A stretch of 64,000 nucleotides of DNA from Mobula birostris (lineage: Eukaryota), in assembly GCF_030028105.1 (NCBI RefSeq), contig NC_092374.1:7339334-7403333 (forward strand). Reading direction: 5' to 3'. The position numbers and the translations under genes are program-made. Below the pieces are notes generated by a model that saw only the letters and a program-made list of their open reading frames with translations, was not told where the DNA came from and made no database searches. Every line of letters begins with the position of its first letter. Within the stretch, counting starts at the first letter, position 1. Positions 25,401 through 37,849 of the stretch are shown in pieces.

Positions 25401-27118
25401 AGTGCAAGGTGATTGATAGATTGAGGAAGTGTGAGACAAAATTTGTGTTGATTGGTGGATTGAGGAGGGTTGAGACATGAGTCTGAGGTGATTGATGGTT
25501 TGAGGAGGAGTGAGATGAGTCTGATGTGATTGATGGATTGAGGAGGGCTGAGACACGAGTCTGTGGTTCTAGATGGAATGAGGAGTGTGAGAGTGGGGTC
25601 TGAGGTGATTCAGTGATTGAGGAGGGGTGAGACAACTGTCTGAAGTGATTGATGGTGTGAAGGGATCCTGAATTATCCCGTATGAACTGTACCTTTAAAG
25701 AGAGAGAGAGAGAGAGAGAGAGTGCGACTGACTTAAAGAGAGAGAGAGCAACAAACAGCTCGTGAAGTCGTCATGGTAACCGAGGTTGGATTGAAGTGGT
25801 ATGAGACAGGAGTCTAAGATAATTGAAGCACCGAGGATAGGTGAGACAGGAGTCTGAGGTAATTGATGGATTGGGGAGGGGTGAGACAGGAGTCTGAGGT
25901 AATTGATGGATTGGGGAGGGGTGAGACAGGAGTCTGAGGTGATTGATGGATTGGGGAGGGGTGAGACAGGAGTCTGAGGTGATTGATGGATTGGGGAGGG
26001 GTGAGACAGGAGTCTGAGGTGATTGATGGATTGGGGAGGGGTGAGACAGGTGATTCATGGATCTAGGAGGGGTGAGGCAGGAGTCTGAATTCATTGATGG
26101 ATTGAGGAGGGGTTAGACAGTGAGGTGATTGATAAATTGAGGAGGGGTGAGAGAGGAGTCTGAGGTAATTGATGGATTGAGGAGGGTGAGAGTTGACTCT
26201 GAGGTGATTGATGGACAGGAGTCTGAAGTGATTGATGGGTTAAGGAGGGGTAAAACAGGATTTTGAAGTGATTGATAATTTGTCAAGCGGGGACACTGGA
26301 GTCTGAAGTGATTGTTGGTTTGAGGATGGGTGAGAAGTATTTGAGGTGATTGGACTGTGGAGGGGTGAGACAGAGGTCTGAGGTGATTGATGGATTGAGG
26401 AGAGGTGAGACAGGAGTCTGAAGTGATTGATGGATTGTGGAGGGGTGAGACGTGTCTGAGGTGATGGACTGTGGAGGGGTGAGAAGTGTCTGAGGTGATT
26501 GATGGATTGAGGAGGGGTGAGGCATTTGTCTGAGGTGGCTGATGGACTGAGGAGGGTTTAGACAGGAGTCTGAAGTGATTGAAGGATTGAGGAGGAATAA
26601 GGCAGGAGTCTGAGGTGATTGATGGATTGATGAGGGGTGAGACAGGAGTCTAAGATGATTGATGGACTGAGGAGGGGTAAGACAGAATTATGAGGGGATT
26701 CATGGATTGAGGAGGGGTGAGACAAAGCCTGTGGTGATTGATGGATTGATGGAGAGGTGACACAGGAGCCTGAGGTAATTGATGGTTTGAGGAGTGGTCA
26801 GTCAGGAATGTCAAGTGTTTGATGGATGGAGGTAAGGTGAGACAGGAGTCTCAGGTGATTGATGGAATGAGCAGGGGACTGACAGGGGTGTGAGGTGATT
26901 GATGGATTTTCAACGGGTGAGACAGGAGTCTGAGGTGATTGATAGATTGAGGAGGGGTGAGACAGGGGTCTGAGGTGATGGATGGATTGAGGAGGGGTGA
27001 GACAGGAGTCTGAGGTGATTGATGGATTGAGGGGGGTGAGACAGGAGTCTGAGGTTATTGATGGATTGAGGAGGGTGAGACAGGGGTCTGAGGTGATTGA
27101 TGGATTGAGGAGGGGTAC
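19490..27118. repeat. 40-bp minisatellite array (~7.6 kb), consensus GAGGAGGGGTGAGACAGGAGTCTGAGGTGATTGATGGATT
   Basis: Period of 40 read directly (e.g. 21461-21540, 23240-23400); a few extra units at 18480-18660. Confidence 0.97.
21665..26919. repeat. Near-identical 2627/2628-bp tandem duplication within the minisatellite
   Basis: 21665-24291 matches 24292-26919; identical ORF translations recur at offsets 2627-2628 (21742/24369, 22258/24885, 23143/25771, 23655/26283). Confidence 0.95.
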
Positions 27119-27424
27119 GAGGTTAAGGGCAGGTTGTGCTGGGTATGAAAGGGCGAAGGGAGATGGGAGATGTGGTCAGTGGTGATGGATGGAGAAGAGG
27201 GAAGGAAAGGAGATTCAGACGGAGAGAAGTGATTGTAATCAGTTGCTTGAGGGAGGGTCACTCAGGGCTCCCAGTCCTAGAGCCTGATAATGTGAGATGA
27301 GAATGGGACCCATTGGGGAGATGCGTCTGGCAGGTGGAACCGGGTCAAGAGTTGGGAAGGTGGGGAAAGTGGGTGAAAAATCTGAGGAACAGACGTTGAG
27401 TTTCACTACTGTGGGGTGTCGTCA

Positions 27425-27790
27425 CGAGTGGATCTTCAGATGTCAGTGGGCCTGACTTGACCCAAGGCCACATGAGAAGCCAGTGAGATTGCATCTGCTG
27501 TAGACCTGTTGTGGTGACAGGCAAATTGCCATGGGCCCAGGTTCCTCCTGAGGCAGGAGTGGATTCCAGCCGAAATCAACCTCTCACGGCATTTCATGGC
27601 AGTAGATGTGAGTGCCCCTGGGTGAGGGTGGTTAAGGCAGCTCATCCTGCTCTGCTTGGGCACTGGTATGATTGTTACCCTGTTGAAGCAGGTGGGGGCG
27701 TCTGACTGCAGTCGTGAGGGATTGAAGATATCCTTCATCTTCCCCACCAGTTGATTGACACAGGCTTTCAGCGATCTTCCAGATACACCA
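27425..27790 (-). mobile_element. Rex/Babar-type LINE RT fragment
   Basis: KACVNQLVG..DIFN..PTCFNRVTIIPVPK..ALTSTAMKC..QFACHHNRSTADAISL. Confidence 0.8.
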
Positions 27791-27954
27791 GCAGGGCCTG
27801 ACAACTAAATGAGCAGTAATGGATAGCCAGGACTGGGTACAGACTGTGATCCATTGGAGTGTCCAGGCTGGGGGGTTTATATGTGCAATAATGGATACTC
27901 GGGAGTGGGCTACACGCTGTGGTGTGATGCTGTAGAGTCCGGGGTGGGGGTCAC

Positions 27955-28127
27955 ATCAGAATCAGAATCAGAATCAGATTTAATATAGAAAACAATAGAA
28001 TAAACAACGAGACTGCATCACTGGTGGAATTTGTTGTTTTGCAGCAGCAGTGCAAGGCAATGTATAATAATAAAATCTATAAATTACAGTAAATACATAT
28101 AAAATAAGAAAAGTAAATTAAATAATT
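27955..28127 (-). repeat. LINE 3' tail with (gaatca)n microsatellite
   Basis: atcagaatcagaatcagaatcag followed by an AT-rich 3'UTR that recurs at 31528-31680. Confidence 0.7.
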
Positions 28128-31100
28128 GAGAAGCAGGACCAGAAAGGTAGTAATCTCGGGATTACTGCCTGTGCCACCTGACAGTGGGTATAGGAATAGA
28201 ATGAGGTGGAGGATAAATGTGTGGCTGAGGGATTGGAGCAGGGGGCAGGGATTCAGATTTCTGGATCATTGGGACCTCTTTTGGGGCAGGTCTGACCTGT
28301 ACAAAAAGGACGGGTTGCACTTGAATCCCAGGGGACCAATATCCTTGCAAAGGCTGTTGAGGAGAGTTTAAACTAGAATTACTTGGGGGTGAGAACCGAA
28401 CTGAAGAGACGGTGGAAGAGGCGGTTGGCTCACAAATAGAGAAAGCTTGGAAACAGTATGAGAGGGAGGACAGGCAAGTGATAGAGAAAGGATGTGCTCA
28501 GAGGTGCTCTGGCAATGATCTTTGCATCATCAATGGGGACGGGAGAGGTTCCGGAGGATTGGAGGGTGTCACAATGGCGGGAGCATTGGGAGCAAGAGTG
28601 GACCCAAATGCAAGACACATCTTGTGAGGTTAATTAAATTATGTTTATTGTTCGAAACCAGGAGAGCAAGGCAGGAGCGGGAATAGCGAACTGGACAAGG
28701 ACTCAGGACTACGACTAGGCTAGGACAAGGGTCTGGGCTTGGACTCAGAATCGGCTCCCAGAACTAGAGGCGACATGAAGAGGCTACGGTATGGACTCCG
28801 AGCCAGAGACTGGGCAAGGACCCAGTACCTGGGTCTTACCCCGGGCTCGGACTCCAGAACCAGGCACGGACATGACATGGGCTAGGGAGAGGAGGAACAT
28901 GGGAACACAGAGCCTCGGTCTCGGGAGAGCAGGTAAATGGAACCATGACACATACACAGAACAGAGAGTTTCCGGAGGATTGGAGGGTGTCACAATGGCG
29001 GGAGCATTGGGAGCAAGAGTGGACCCAAATGCAAGACACATCTTGTGAGGTTAATTAAATTATGTTTATTGTTCGAAATCAGGAGAGCAAGGCAGGAGCG
29101 GGAATAGCGAACTGGACAAGGACTCAGGACTACAACTAGGCTAGGACAAGAGTCTGGGCTTGGACTCCTTGGGTACAGGACATAGGGCCGGGACTTTCAC
29201 ACAGAACAGAGAGCCGGGACCCCTCCTTGGGTACAGGACATAGGGCCGGGACTCATGACCCCGGGGGGGCAATGGCAAGGCGGCCTGACTTACCCCACGG
29301 AGGCGAGGACAAGACAAGACAAACACCAAAGAACAACACAGTTCCTATCTAGCTCCAGCAATAGAACTAGACCGAGGTGCAGGCGAGGGCTACAGATGAG
29401 GGCTAGAGGTGAGAGGGGCAGAGAAGGGATTCAGACAGGGGGGCAGGACAGGAATCACAGACCACCAGGGCCAAGACTTGACTAGGTACTCGGATGCTGC
29501 CAGGACCAGGACTTGACTTGGTACTCAGATGCCACCAGAGCCAAGACTTGACTAGGTACTAGGATGCCGCCAAAGCCAGGACGTGGACGTGGTACTTGGA
29601 TCCCCTGGAGCCAGGACTTGGACTTGGACGTGGTACTTGGATGCCGCTGGAGCCAGGACGTGGTACTTGGAACCTCCGGGTAGTGGCAAGCACTAGACTC
29701 GGCCCGGGAACAGTAGACAGCGGCTCCTGATTCTTTCTGGCGGGTTAACTGGCGGACCCACCTCGATGAGGAAACTTTGCAGGCTCGCTTCGGTGAGGTA
29801 ACTGGATAGGGTTGTTCCGGTGAGGAACGGCGAATTACTGGCACTCGGTTTGGCAGAGACTAGGCTTGCTCCGACCAGATGACATCGGCACACCATACCT
29901 TTGATGACTTTGCAGACGCTCCCGCGCCAAACGGCTGAAAGCCGGAGACTATAAACTACCGGTTCAGCCAAGCGTTTACTGCCTCTAATCACCAAAGCCG
30001 AGGGACACAGGAAAACAGGGAATCAACGGTCCAGATCGTAACATAAACAAGGTAAATTTAAAGGGACCCTGATCCGGACCATGACAGAGGGTTGTGGATG
30101 TTGTTCCCTTATTCAAGAAAGAGAGTAGAGATAGCACAAGAAATTATAGACCAGTGAGTCTTACTTCAGTGGTTGGTAAGTTGATGGAGAAGATCCTGAG
30201 AGGCAGAATTTATGAACATTTGGAGAGGCATAATATGATTAGAAATAGTTAGCATGGCTTCGTCAAAGGCAGGTTGTGCCTTACGAGCCTGGTTGGATAT
30301 TTTGAAGATGTGACTAAACACATTGATGAAGGAACAGATGTAGATGTAGTGTATATGGATTTCAGCAAGGCATTTGATAAGGTACCCCATGCAAAGCTAA
30401 TTGAGAAAGTAAGGAGGCATGGGATCCAAGGGGACATTGCTTTGTGGATCCAGAACTGGCTTGCCCACAGAAGGCAAAGAGTGGTTGTAGATGGGTCATA
30501 TTCTGCATGGAGGTCGGTGACCAGTGGTGTGCCTCAGGGATCTGTTCTGGGACCCCTACTCTTTGTGATTTTCATAAATCACCTGGATAAGGAAGTGGAG
30601 GGATGGGTGAGTAAATTTACTAATTACACAACGGATGGGGGTGTTGTGGATAGTGTGGAGGACTGTCAGAGGTTACAGTGGGACATTAATGGGATGCAAA
30701 ACTGGGCAGAGAAGTGGCAGATGGAGTTCAACCCAGATAAGTGTGAAGTAGTTCATTTTGGTAGGTCAAATATGATGGCAGAATAAAGTATTAATGGTAA
30801 GGCTGTTGGCAATGTGGATGATCAGAGGGATCTTGGGGTCTGAGTCCATAGGACACTCAAAGCTGCTGCGTAGGTTGACTCTGTGGTTAAGGAGGCATAC
30901 GGTGCATTGGCCTTCATCAATCGTGAGATTGAGTTTAAGAGCTGAGAGGTAATATTGCAGCTATATAGGATCCTGGTCAGATCCCACTTGGAGTACTGTG
31001 GTTCTAGTCGCCTCACGACAAGAAGGACGTGGAAACCATAGAAATGGTGCAGAGGAGATCTACAAGGATGTTGCCTGGATTGGGGAGCATGCCTTATGAG

Positions 31101-31507
31101 AATAGGTTGAGTGAACTTGGCCTTTACTGCTTAGAGTGACGGAGAATGAGAGGTGACCTGATAGAGGTGTATAAGATGATGAGAGGCATCGATCGTGTGG
31201 ATAGTCAGAGGCTTTTCCCCAAGGCTGAAATGGCTGGCACGAGAGGGGATAGTTTTAAGGTGCTTGAAAGTAGGTACAGAGGAGATTTCGGGGGTAAGTT
31301 TTTTTACGCAGAGAGCGGTGAATGCATGGAATGGGCTGCCGGCGATGGTGGTGGAGGCAGATACAATAGGGATTTTTAAGAGACTCCTGAATAGGTACAT
31401 GGAGCTTAGAAAAATACAGGATTATGGGTAACACTTGGTAATTTCTCAGGTAAGGACATATACAGCACAGCTTTGAGGGCTGAAGGGCCTGTATTGTGCT
31501 GTAGGTT
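28128..31507 (+). mobile_element. CR1 copy 3 (ORF1 esterase joined by a deletion to RT, then 3' tail), split by an LTR-like element
   Basis: Esterase ORF 28126-28371; jump into RT near 28508; RT ORF 30274-30786; 3' ORF piece 31146-31379; tail ttttctatgtttct. Confidence 0.92.
28567..30086 (-). mobile_element. LTR-like element related to 7277-12116, opposite orientation
   Basis: Termini TGTCAC...ATGACA; 5-bp TSD gaggg (28562-28566 / 30087-30091); reverse complement of the right end (gggtccctttaaattta) matches ~7304-7320; internal ~30-bp tandem repeats at 29470-29670. Confidence 0.85.
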
Positions 31508-31527
31508 TTCTATGTTTCTGTGTTTCT

Positions 31528-32047
31528 AAAACAATGGAATAGACAATAAGATTACATCACTGGCGTATGTCATGAAATTTGTTATTTTGCAGCACCAGTA
31601 AAAAGCAATGTATAATAATAAAATCTGTAAATTACAGTAAGTGCATATAAAATAAGGAAAGTAAATAAATAAGTTGTGGTAAAAGAGCAAAAAAGTACTG
31701 GGGAAGTGCTCATGGATTCATTGATCATTCAGAAATCTGATGGCAGAGGGGAAGAAGCTGTTCCTGAAACATTGAGTGTGTGCCTTCGGGCTCCTGTACC
31801 TCCTCCCTGATGGTAGCAATGAGAAGAGGGCAGGTCCTGGGTGCTGGGGGTCTGTAATGATGTATGCTGCCTTTTTGAGGCATTGCATTTTGAAGGTGTT
31901 CTGGATGCTGGGGACACTAGTGCTCGTGATGGAGCTGACTGAGCTTACAACTTCCTGCTGCTCTCTCTGATCCTGAGCAGTGACCCCTCCAGACCAGAAT
32001 GCTCTCCAGGTATATCTATCGAAATTTTCCAGTGTCTTTGGTGACAA
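31528..32047 (-). mobile_element. Rex/L2-type LINE 3' fragment
   Basis: ORF 31718-32047 ends in HPGPALFSLLPSGRRYRSPKAHTQCFRNSFFPSAIRFLN. Confidence 0.8.
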
Positions 32048-32626
32048 ACCTGCTCACCTCAGACTCTGAATGAACCATACTGTGTTACAGGCTGGGGTCG
32101 AGTCAGGGTTTCGGGGGTTTGTCATTGTCGTCTGTTCCCTGGGTCTGATGGCTTTTACAATCCTGCCATTTCATTTTCAGGAGGGGAAGTGATTGGAGAA
32201 TCGGGGGCACCGGTTACAGAGGAGAGCTCTTGGAATTACCTCGGAGTGACGGAACAGTAGCAGCATTCAGGAGGCCATTCAGCCCATTGAGTTCATACTG
32301 GCCCTGTGTAAGAACAACCCAGTCAGTCCCACTCCCCCACCACCATATTCTGGCATCTTTCCCCTTCCTTTCCAGTCCTGGTGAAGAGTGTCAGGTCAAA
32401 ACATTGACTGTTTATTCCCCTCCATAGATGCTGCCTGACCTGCTCAGATCCTGCAGCATTCTGTGTGTTCCTCCCGTGGTGGTAGATCGTGATGTCAGAA
32501 GTTCATTTTTATTCCCTGGAAATGGGAAACAGAGTGACGCCATGAACCACAGGCACCTGGTGAGCCGGGTAGAGAACAACCAGGATTTCTCAACAGCAGA
32601 TGATCATAGATTTACTGTATTTAACA

Positions 32627-33230
32627 CGAGAACATAGAACACAGAACAGTCGAGCACAGGAACAGGCGCTTCGGCCCACAATGTTGTGCTGAACCAATTA
32701 AATTAGTGATCCAATGACCAACTAAACTAATCCCCTCTGCCTGCACAATGTCCATTCCCTTCCATTTTCCTCACATCCATGTGCCGATCTAAATGTCTGT
32801 TAAAAATCTCTGATGTATCTGTCTGTAACACCTCCCCAGGCAGAGTATTCCAGGCATCCGGCACTCTGGGTATAAAACATTTACCCCTCACATCCCCTTT
32901 CACCTTCAATGCAGGCCTTTGGTGTCAGACATTTCAACCCTGGGAGGAAGATACTGTCTGTCTACTCTATCTCTGCCTCTGATAATCTTACAAACTGTGT
33001 CAGATCTCCCCTCAGCCTCCGTCACTCCAGGGAAAACAACCCGAGTTTATCCACCCTCTTGTTATAGCACACGCCCTCTAATCCAGGCAGCATCCTGGTG
33101 AACCTCTTCTGCATCCTCTCCAGAGCCTCGACATCCTTCCTGTAGTGAGTTGACCAGAACTGTACGCAATACTCCAGATGTGGCCTCACCAGAGTTTTAT
33201 AAAGCTGTAACATAACTTCTTGACTTTTGC
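32627..33230 (-). mobile_element. CR1 3' fragment
   Basis: ORF 33022-33213 (RPHLEYCVQFWS) and 32727-32909; tail revcomp agaacatagaacacagaac. Confidence 0.85.
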
Positions 33231-33309
33231 GTGGGTGGAGGAGGGGAAAGGACCTCGAGGATAAGGATCAAGAGATTATGGTCATTGAGAGGGGATCTCA
33301 TTGCAATGT

Positions 33310-34278
33310 GTCGAATATTGATAGGCCTAGGTAGAGTGGATATGGAGAGAATCGTTCCTATGATCAATTTGAATATTGATAGGCCTAGATAGAGTGGATA
33401 TGGAGAGGATCTTTCCTATAGTCGGTTCGAATATTGATAGGCCTAGATATCTCAGGATGAGGCTTTTCATTCCAGGACGAGGGAGATGTCCTCCTTTTTT
33501 AAAGAAAGGGGCTTCCCTTCCTCCATCATCAACTCTGCTCTCAAACGCATCTCCCCCATTTCACACACATCTGCTCTCATCCATCCTCCCACCACCCCAC
33601 TAGGAATAGGGTTCCCCTTGTCCTCACCTACCACCCCAGCAGCCTCCGGGTCCAACATATAATTCTCCGTAACTTCCGCCACCTCCGACGGGATCCCACC
33701 ACTAAGCACATCTTTCCCTCCCCCCGTCTCTCTGCTTTCTGCAGGGATTGCTCCCTACGCGACTCCCTTGTCCATTTGACCCCCCATCCCTCCCCACTGA
33801 TCTCCCTCCTGGCACTTATCCTTGTAAGCAGAACAAGTGCTACACATGCCCTTACACTTCCTCCCTTACCACCATTCAGGGCCCCAGACAGTCCTTCCAG
33901 GTGAGGCGACACTTCACCTGTGAGTTGGCTGGGGTGATATACTGCGTCCGGTGCTCCCGATGTGGCCTTTTATGTATTGGCGAGACCCGACGCAGACTGG
34001 GAGATCGTTTCGCTGAACACCTACACTCTGTCCACCAGAGAAAGCAGGATCTCCCAGTAGCCACACATTTTAATTCCACGTCCCATTCCCATTCTGATAT
34101 GTCTATCCATGGCCTCCTCTACTGTAAAGATGAAGCCACACTCAGGTTGGAGGAACAACACCTTGTATTCCGTCTGGGTAGCCTCCAACCCGATGGCATG
34201 AACATTGACTTCTCAAACTTCCGCTAATGCCCCACCTCCCCCTCGTACCCCATCTGTTATTTATTTATATACACACAT

Positions 34279-34330
<52 letters not shown>

Positions 34331-34720
34331 CTCCCTCTGTCCCTCTCACTATACCCCTTGCCCATCCTCTGGGTTTTTCTCCCCCCTCCCCCTTTTCTTT
34401 CTCCCTGGGCCTCCTGTCCCATGATCCTCTCGTATCCCTTTTGCCAATCACCTGTCCAGCTCTTGGCTCCATCCCTCCCCCTCCTGTCTTCTCCTATCAT
34501 TTTGGATCTCCCCCTCCCCCTCCCACTTTCAAATCTGTTACTAGCTCTTCTTTAAGTTAGTCCTGACAAAGTGTCTCAGCCCGAAACGTCGACTGTACCT
34601 CTTCCCAGAGATGCTGCCTGGTCTGCTGCGTTCACCAGCAACTTTGATGTGTGTTGCATGGAAAGGATTGTTCCTATAATCAGTTTGAATATTGATAGGC
34701 CTAGATAGAGTGGATATGGG
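33310..34720. repeat. ~58-bp CR1-derived tandem repeat (about four copies), split by a Penelope insertion
   Basis: gaatattgataggcctag(a/g)tagagtggatatgg at ~33314, ~33371, ~33428 (truncated) and ~34687. Confidence 0.8.
33451..34657 (+). mobile_element. Penelope-like element 3' part with GIY-YIG endonuclease
   Basis: ORF 33748-34227: GVIYCVRCSRCGLLCIGETRRRLGDRFAEH, VATHFN, RLEEQHLVFRLGSLQPDGMN; followed by (ct)n and a terminal repeat. Confidence 0.9.
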
Positions 34721-37170
34721 GCTTGTCTACCGAGGCCATATGGGTGGAGCTGAGAAACAGGAATGGTATGACCACATTAATGGGGTTGTATTATAGACCA
34801 CCCAATAGTCAGCGAGAATTGAAGGAGCAAACCTACAGAGAGATTGTAGACAACTGCAGGAAACATAAAGTTGTGATAGTAGGGGATTTTAACTTTCCAC
34901 ATATGGATTGGGATTCCCATACTGTTAAAGGTCTAGACGGCTTAGAGTTTGTAAAATGTGTTCAGGAAAGTTTTCTAAATCAATATATAGAGGAACCAAC
35001 TAGAGAGGATGCAATATTAGACCTCCTGTTAGGAAACGAGTTAGGACAGGCGACGGAAGTGTGTGTAGGGGAACACTTTGGTTCCAGTGATCATAACACC
35101 ATTAGTTTCAACTTGATCATGGATAAAGATAGATCTGGTTCTCCGGTTGAGGTCCTAAACTGGAAAAGGACCAAATTTGAAGAAATGAGAAAGGATCTAA
35201 AAGGTGTAGATTGGGACAGGTTGTTCTCTGGCAAGGATGTGATTAGTAAGTGGGAGGCCTTCAAAGGAGAAATTTTGAGAGTGCAGAGTTTGTATGTTCC
35301 TGTCAGGATTAAACGCAAATTGAATAAGAATATGGAACCTTGGTTCTCAAGGGATATTGGAACTCTGATAAAGAAGAAGAGAGAGATGTATAACATGTAT
35401 AGGAAACAGGGAGCAAATAAAGTGCTTGAGGAGTACAAAAAGTGCAAAAAGAAACTTAAGAAAGAAATCAGGAGGGCTAAAAGAAGACATGAGGTTGCTT
35501 TGGCAGTCAAGGTGAAGGATAATCCAAAGAGTTTCTACAGGTATATTAAGAGCAAAAAGATAGTAAGGGGTAAAATTGGTTCTCTCAAAGATCAGAGTGG
35601 TCGGCTATGTATGGAACCAAAAGTAATGGGGGAGATCTTAAATGGGTTTTTTGCATCTGTATTTATGAAGGAAATTGGCATGGAGACAATGGAAATAGTC
35701 AGGTAATGGAACCTATACAGATTGAGGAGGAGGAGGTGCTTGCTACCTTGAGGCAAATCAGAGTAGATAAATCCCTAGGACCTGACAGGGTATTCCCTCG
35801 GACCTTGAAGGAGACTAGTGTTGAAAAAGCAGGGGTTCTGGCAGATGTATTTAAAATGTCGGTATCTACGGGTGAGGTGCCGGAGGATTGGAAGATAGCT
35901 CATGTTGTTCCGTTATTTAAAAAAGGTTCTAAAAATAATCTGGGAAATTATAGGCCAGTAAGTTTGACATCAGTAGTAGGTAAATTGTTGGAAGGAGTAC
36001 TAAGGGATAGGATCTACAAGTATTTGGATAGACAGGGACTTATTAGGGAGAGTCAACATGGCTTTGTGCGTGGTAGGTCATGTTTGACCAATCTATTGGA
36101 GTTTTTCAAGGAGGTTATCAGGAAAGTGGATGAAGGGAAGGCAGTGGATGTTGTCTACATGGACTTCAGTAAGGCCTTTGACAAGGTCCCGCATGGGAGG
36201 TTAGTTAGAAAGTTTCAGTCGCTAGGTATACAAGGAGAGGTAGTAAATTGGATTAGACATTGGCTCAATGGAAGAAGCCAAAGAGTGGTAGTGGAGGATT
36301 GTTTCTCTGAGTGGAGGCTTGTGACTAGTGGTGTGCCACAGGGATCAGTGCTGGGTCCAATTTTATTCGTCACCTATATCAATGATGTGGATGATAATGT
36401 GGTAAATTGGATCAGCAAATTTGTTGATGATACAAAGCTTGGAGGTGTAGTGGACAGTAAGGCAGGTTTTCAAAGCTTGCAGAGGGATTTGGACCAGCTG
36501 GAAAAATGGGCTGAAAGATGGCAGTTGGAGTTTAATACAGACAAGTGTGAGGTATTGCACTTTGGAAGGACAGACCAAGGTAGAACATACAGGGTAAATG
36601 GTAGAGCACTGAGGAGTGCAGTAGAACAGAGGGATCTGTGAATACAGATACAAAATTCCCTAAAAGTGGCGTCACAGATAGATAGGGTCGTAAAGAGAGC
36701 TTTTGGTACATTGATCTTTAAAGTCAAAGTATTGAGTATAAGAGTTGGAATGTTATGGTGAGGTTGAATTAGGAAACGTCGACTCAGACCATGAGAGGTC
36801 CGCATTGGGCATTTTCGCACCTTACAAGGCGCAGATTGGAAGTCTGTGTGGGGCGCCACTCCTTGCACAGACTAGAACAATGTGTGATTAAGTGCCTTGC
36901 TCCAGGACCTAAACATGCTGCCACAGCTGAGGCTCAAACTAGTGACCTTCAAATCACTAGACGAATGCCTTAACCACTTGGCCACGTGCCCAACACAACA
37001 CATGCCCAACACAAGGTCTGAGTCGACATTCCCCCCTGAATAAGGCATTAGTGAGGCCAAATTTGGAGTATTCTGTACAGTTTTGATCACCAAATTACAA
37101 GAAGGATATTAATTAGTTTGAAAGGGTGCAGAGGAGGTTTACAAAGATGTTGCCAGGACTTGAGAAACTG
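34721..37170 (+). mobile_element. CR1 LINE ORF2 (EN and RT), frameshifted; SINE inserted near the 3' end
   Basis: ORFs 34723-35706 and 35607-36641; resumes near 37040 after the SINE. Confidence 0.93.
36775..36990 (-). mobile_element. tRNA-derived SINE
   Basis: Minus strand TGGCCAAGTGG (A box) and AGTTTGAGCC (B-box-like) followed by a non-tRNA body. Confidence 0.7.
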
Positions 37171-37849
37171 GATTTATTTACATAGATTGATATATAGATT
37201 GACAGATAGACTTTATGTTCATAAAGTGATTCTAGGCCCAGGAGTGTCTGTACTTCAGGTGACTGACAGGAAATGATAAAGTAGTCATTCGTATGGAACT
37301 TTATGTATATACAATCAATCCATGTATATAAGCTGTCTAACGTACTAATATTTCTTGTGTTCCTTAGTATTATAAATTATTCTGTTATTCTTATACAACT
37401 TCGATGTAACATCCCAACTTCTGTACTCTATATGTCTTCACCAACATCTTGTACAACCACAACATCACACACCCCAGGACAACAGTGACCACGTGAGCAC
37501 CCAGTCAGTACTCCCTCCTTCCACCGCCAATGCAGAGTGGCTGCGGTGTGCACCGTCTACAATACACAATGCAGTTACTTGCCCCTGCTATTCCAGCAGC
37601 CTCCATCTCTCCACATCAGGATATCGGGAGTACTTGAACACCATCACCCGCAGGCTCCCTTCCCAAGTATATTTACTTACTGAGACACAATGCAGAATAG
37701 GCTCCCTCTGGCCTTTTGAGCTGTGCCGTCCAACATCCCGAGCCTAATGACGGACAATTCACAATGACCAACTGACCTACCAGCCATTAGACTGTGGGAG
37801 AAAACCAGAGCACCTGGAGGAAACCCATGTGGTCACAGGGATTTCAGAG

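Noticed and set aside
19490-27118. Ig switch-region-like function of the G-rich array
   Set aside because: It has GGGGT but is not AGCT-rich, the G-rich strand is the template for this gene, and no Ig constant exons are present.
19830-27261. Many Pro/Ser/His-rich ORFs resembling a mucin stalk on the gene strand
   Set aside because: The 40-bp unit has no stop in any minus-strand frame, so ORFs arise automatically. They overlap in all three frames, break often and have no supported splice sites.
32091-32192. Hydrophobic stretch GFVIVVCSLGLMAFTILPF after an AG, as a transmembrane exon
   Set aside because: On the plus strand, opposite to the receptor exons and upstream of the V domains; short, with no supporting partner exons.
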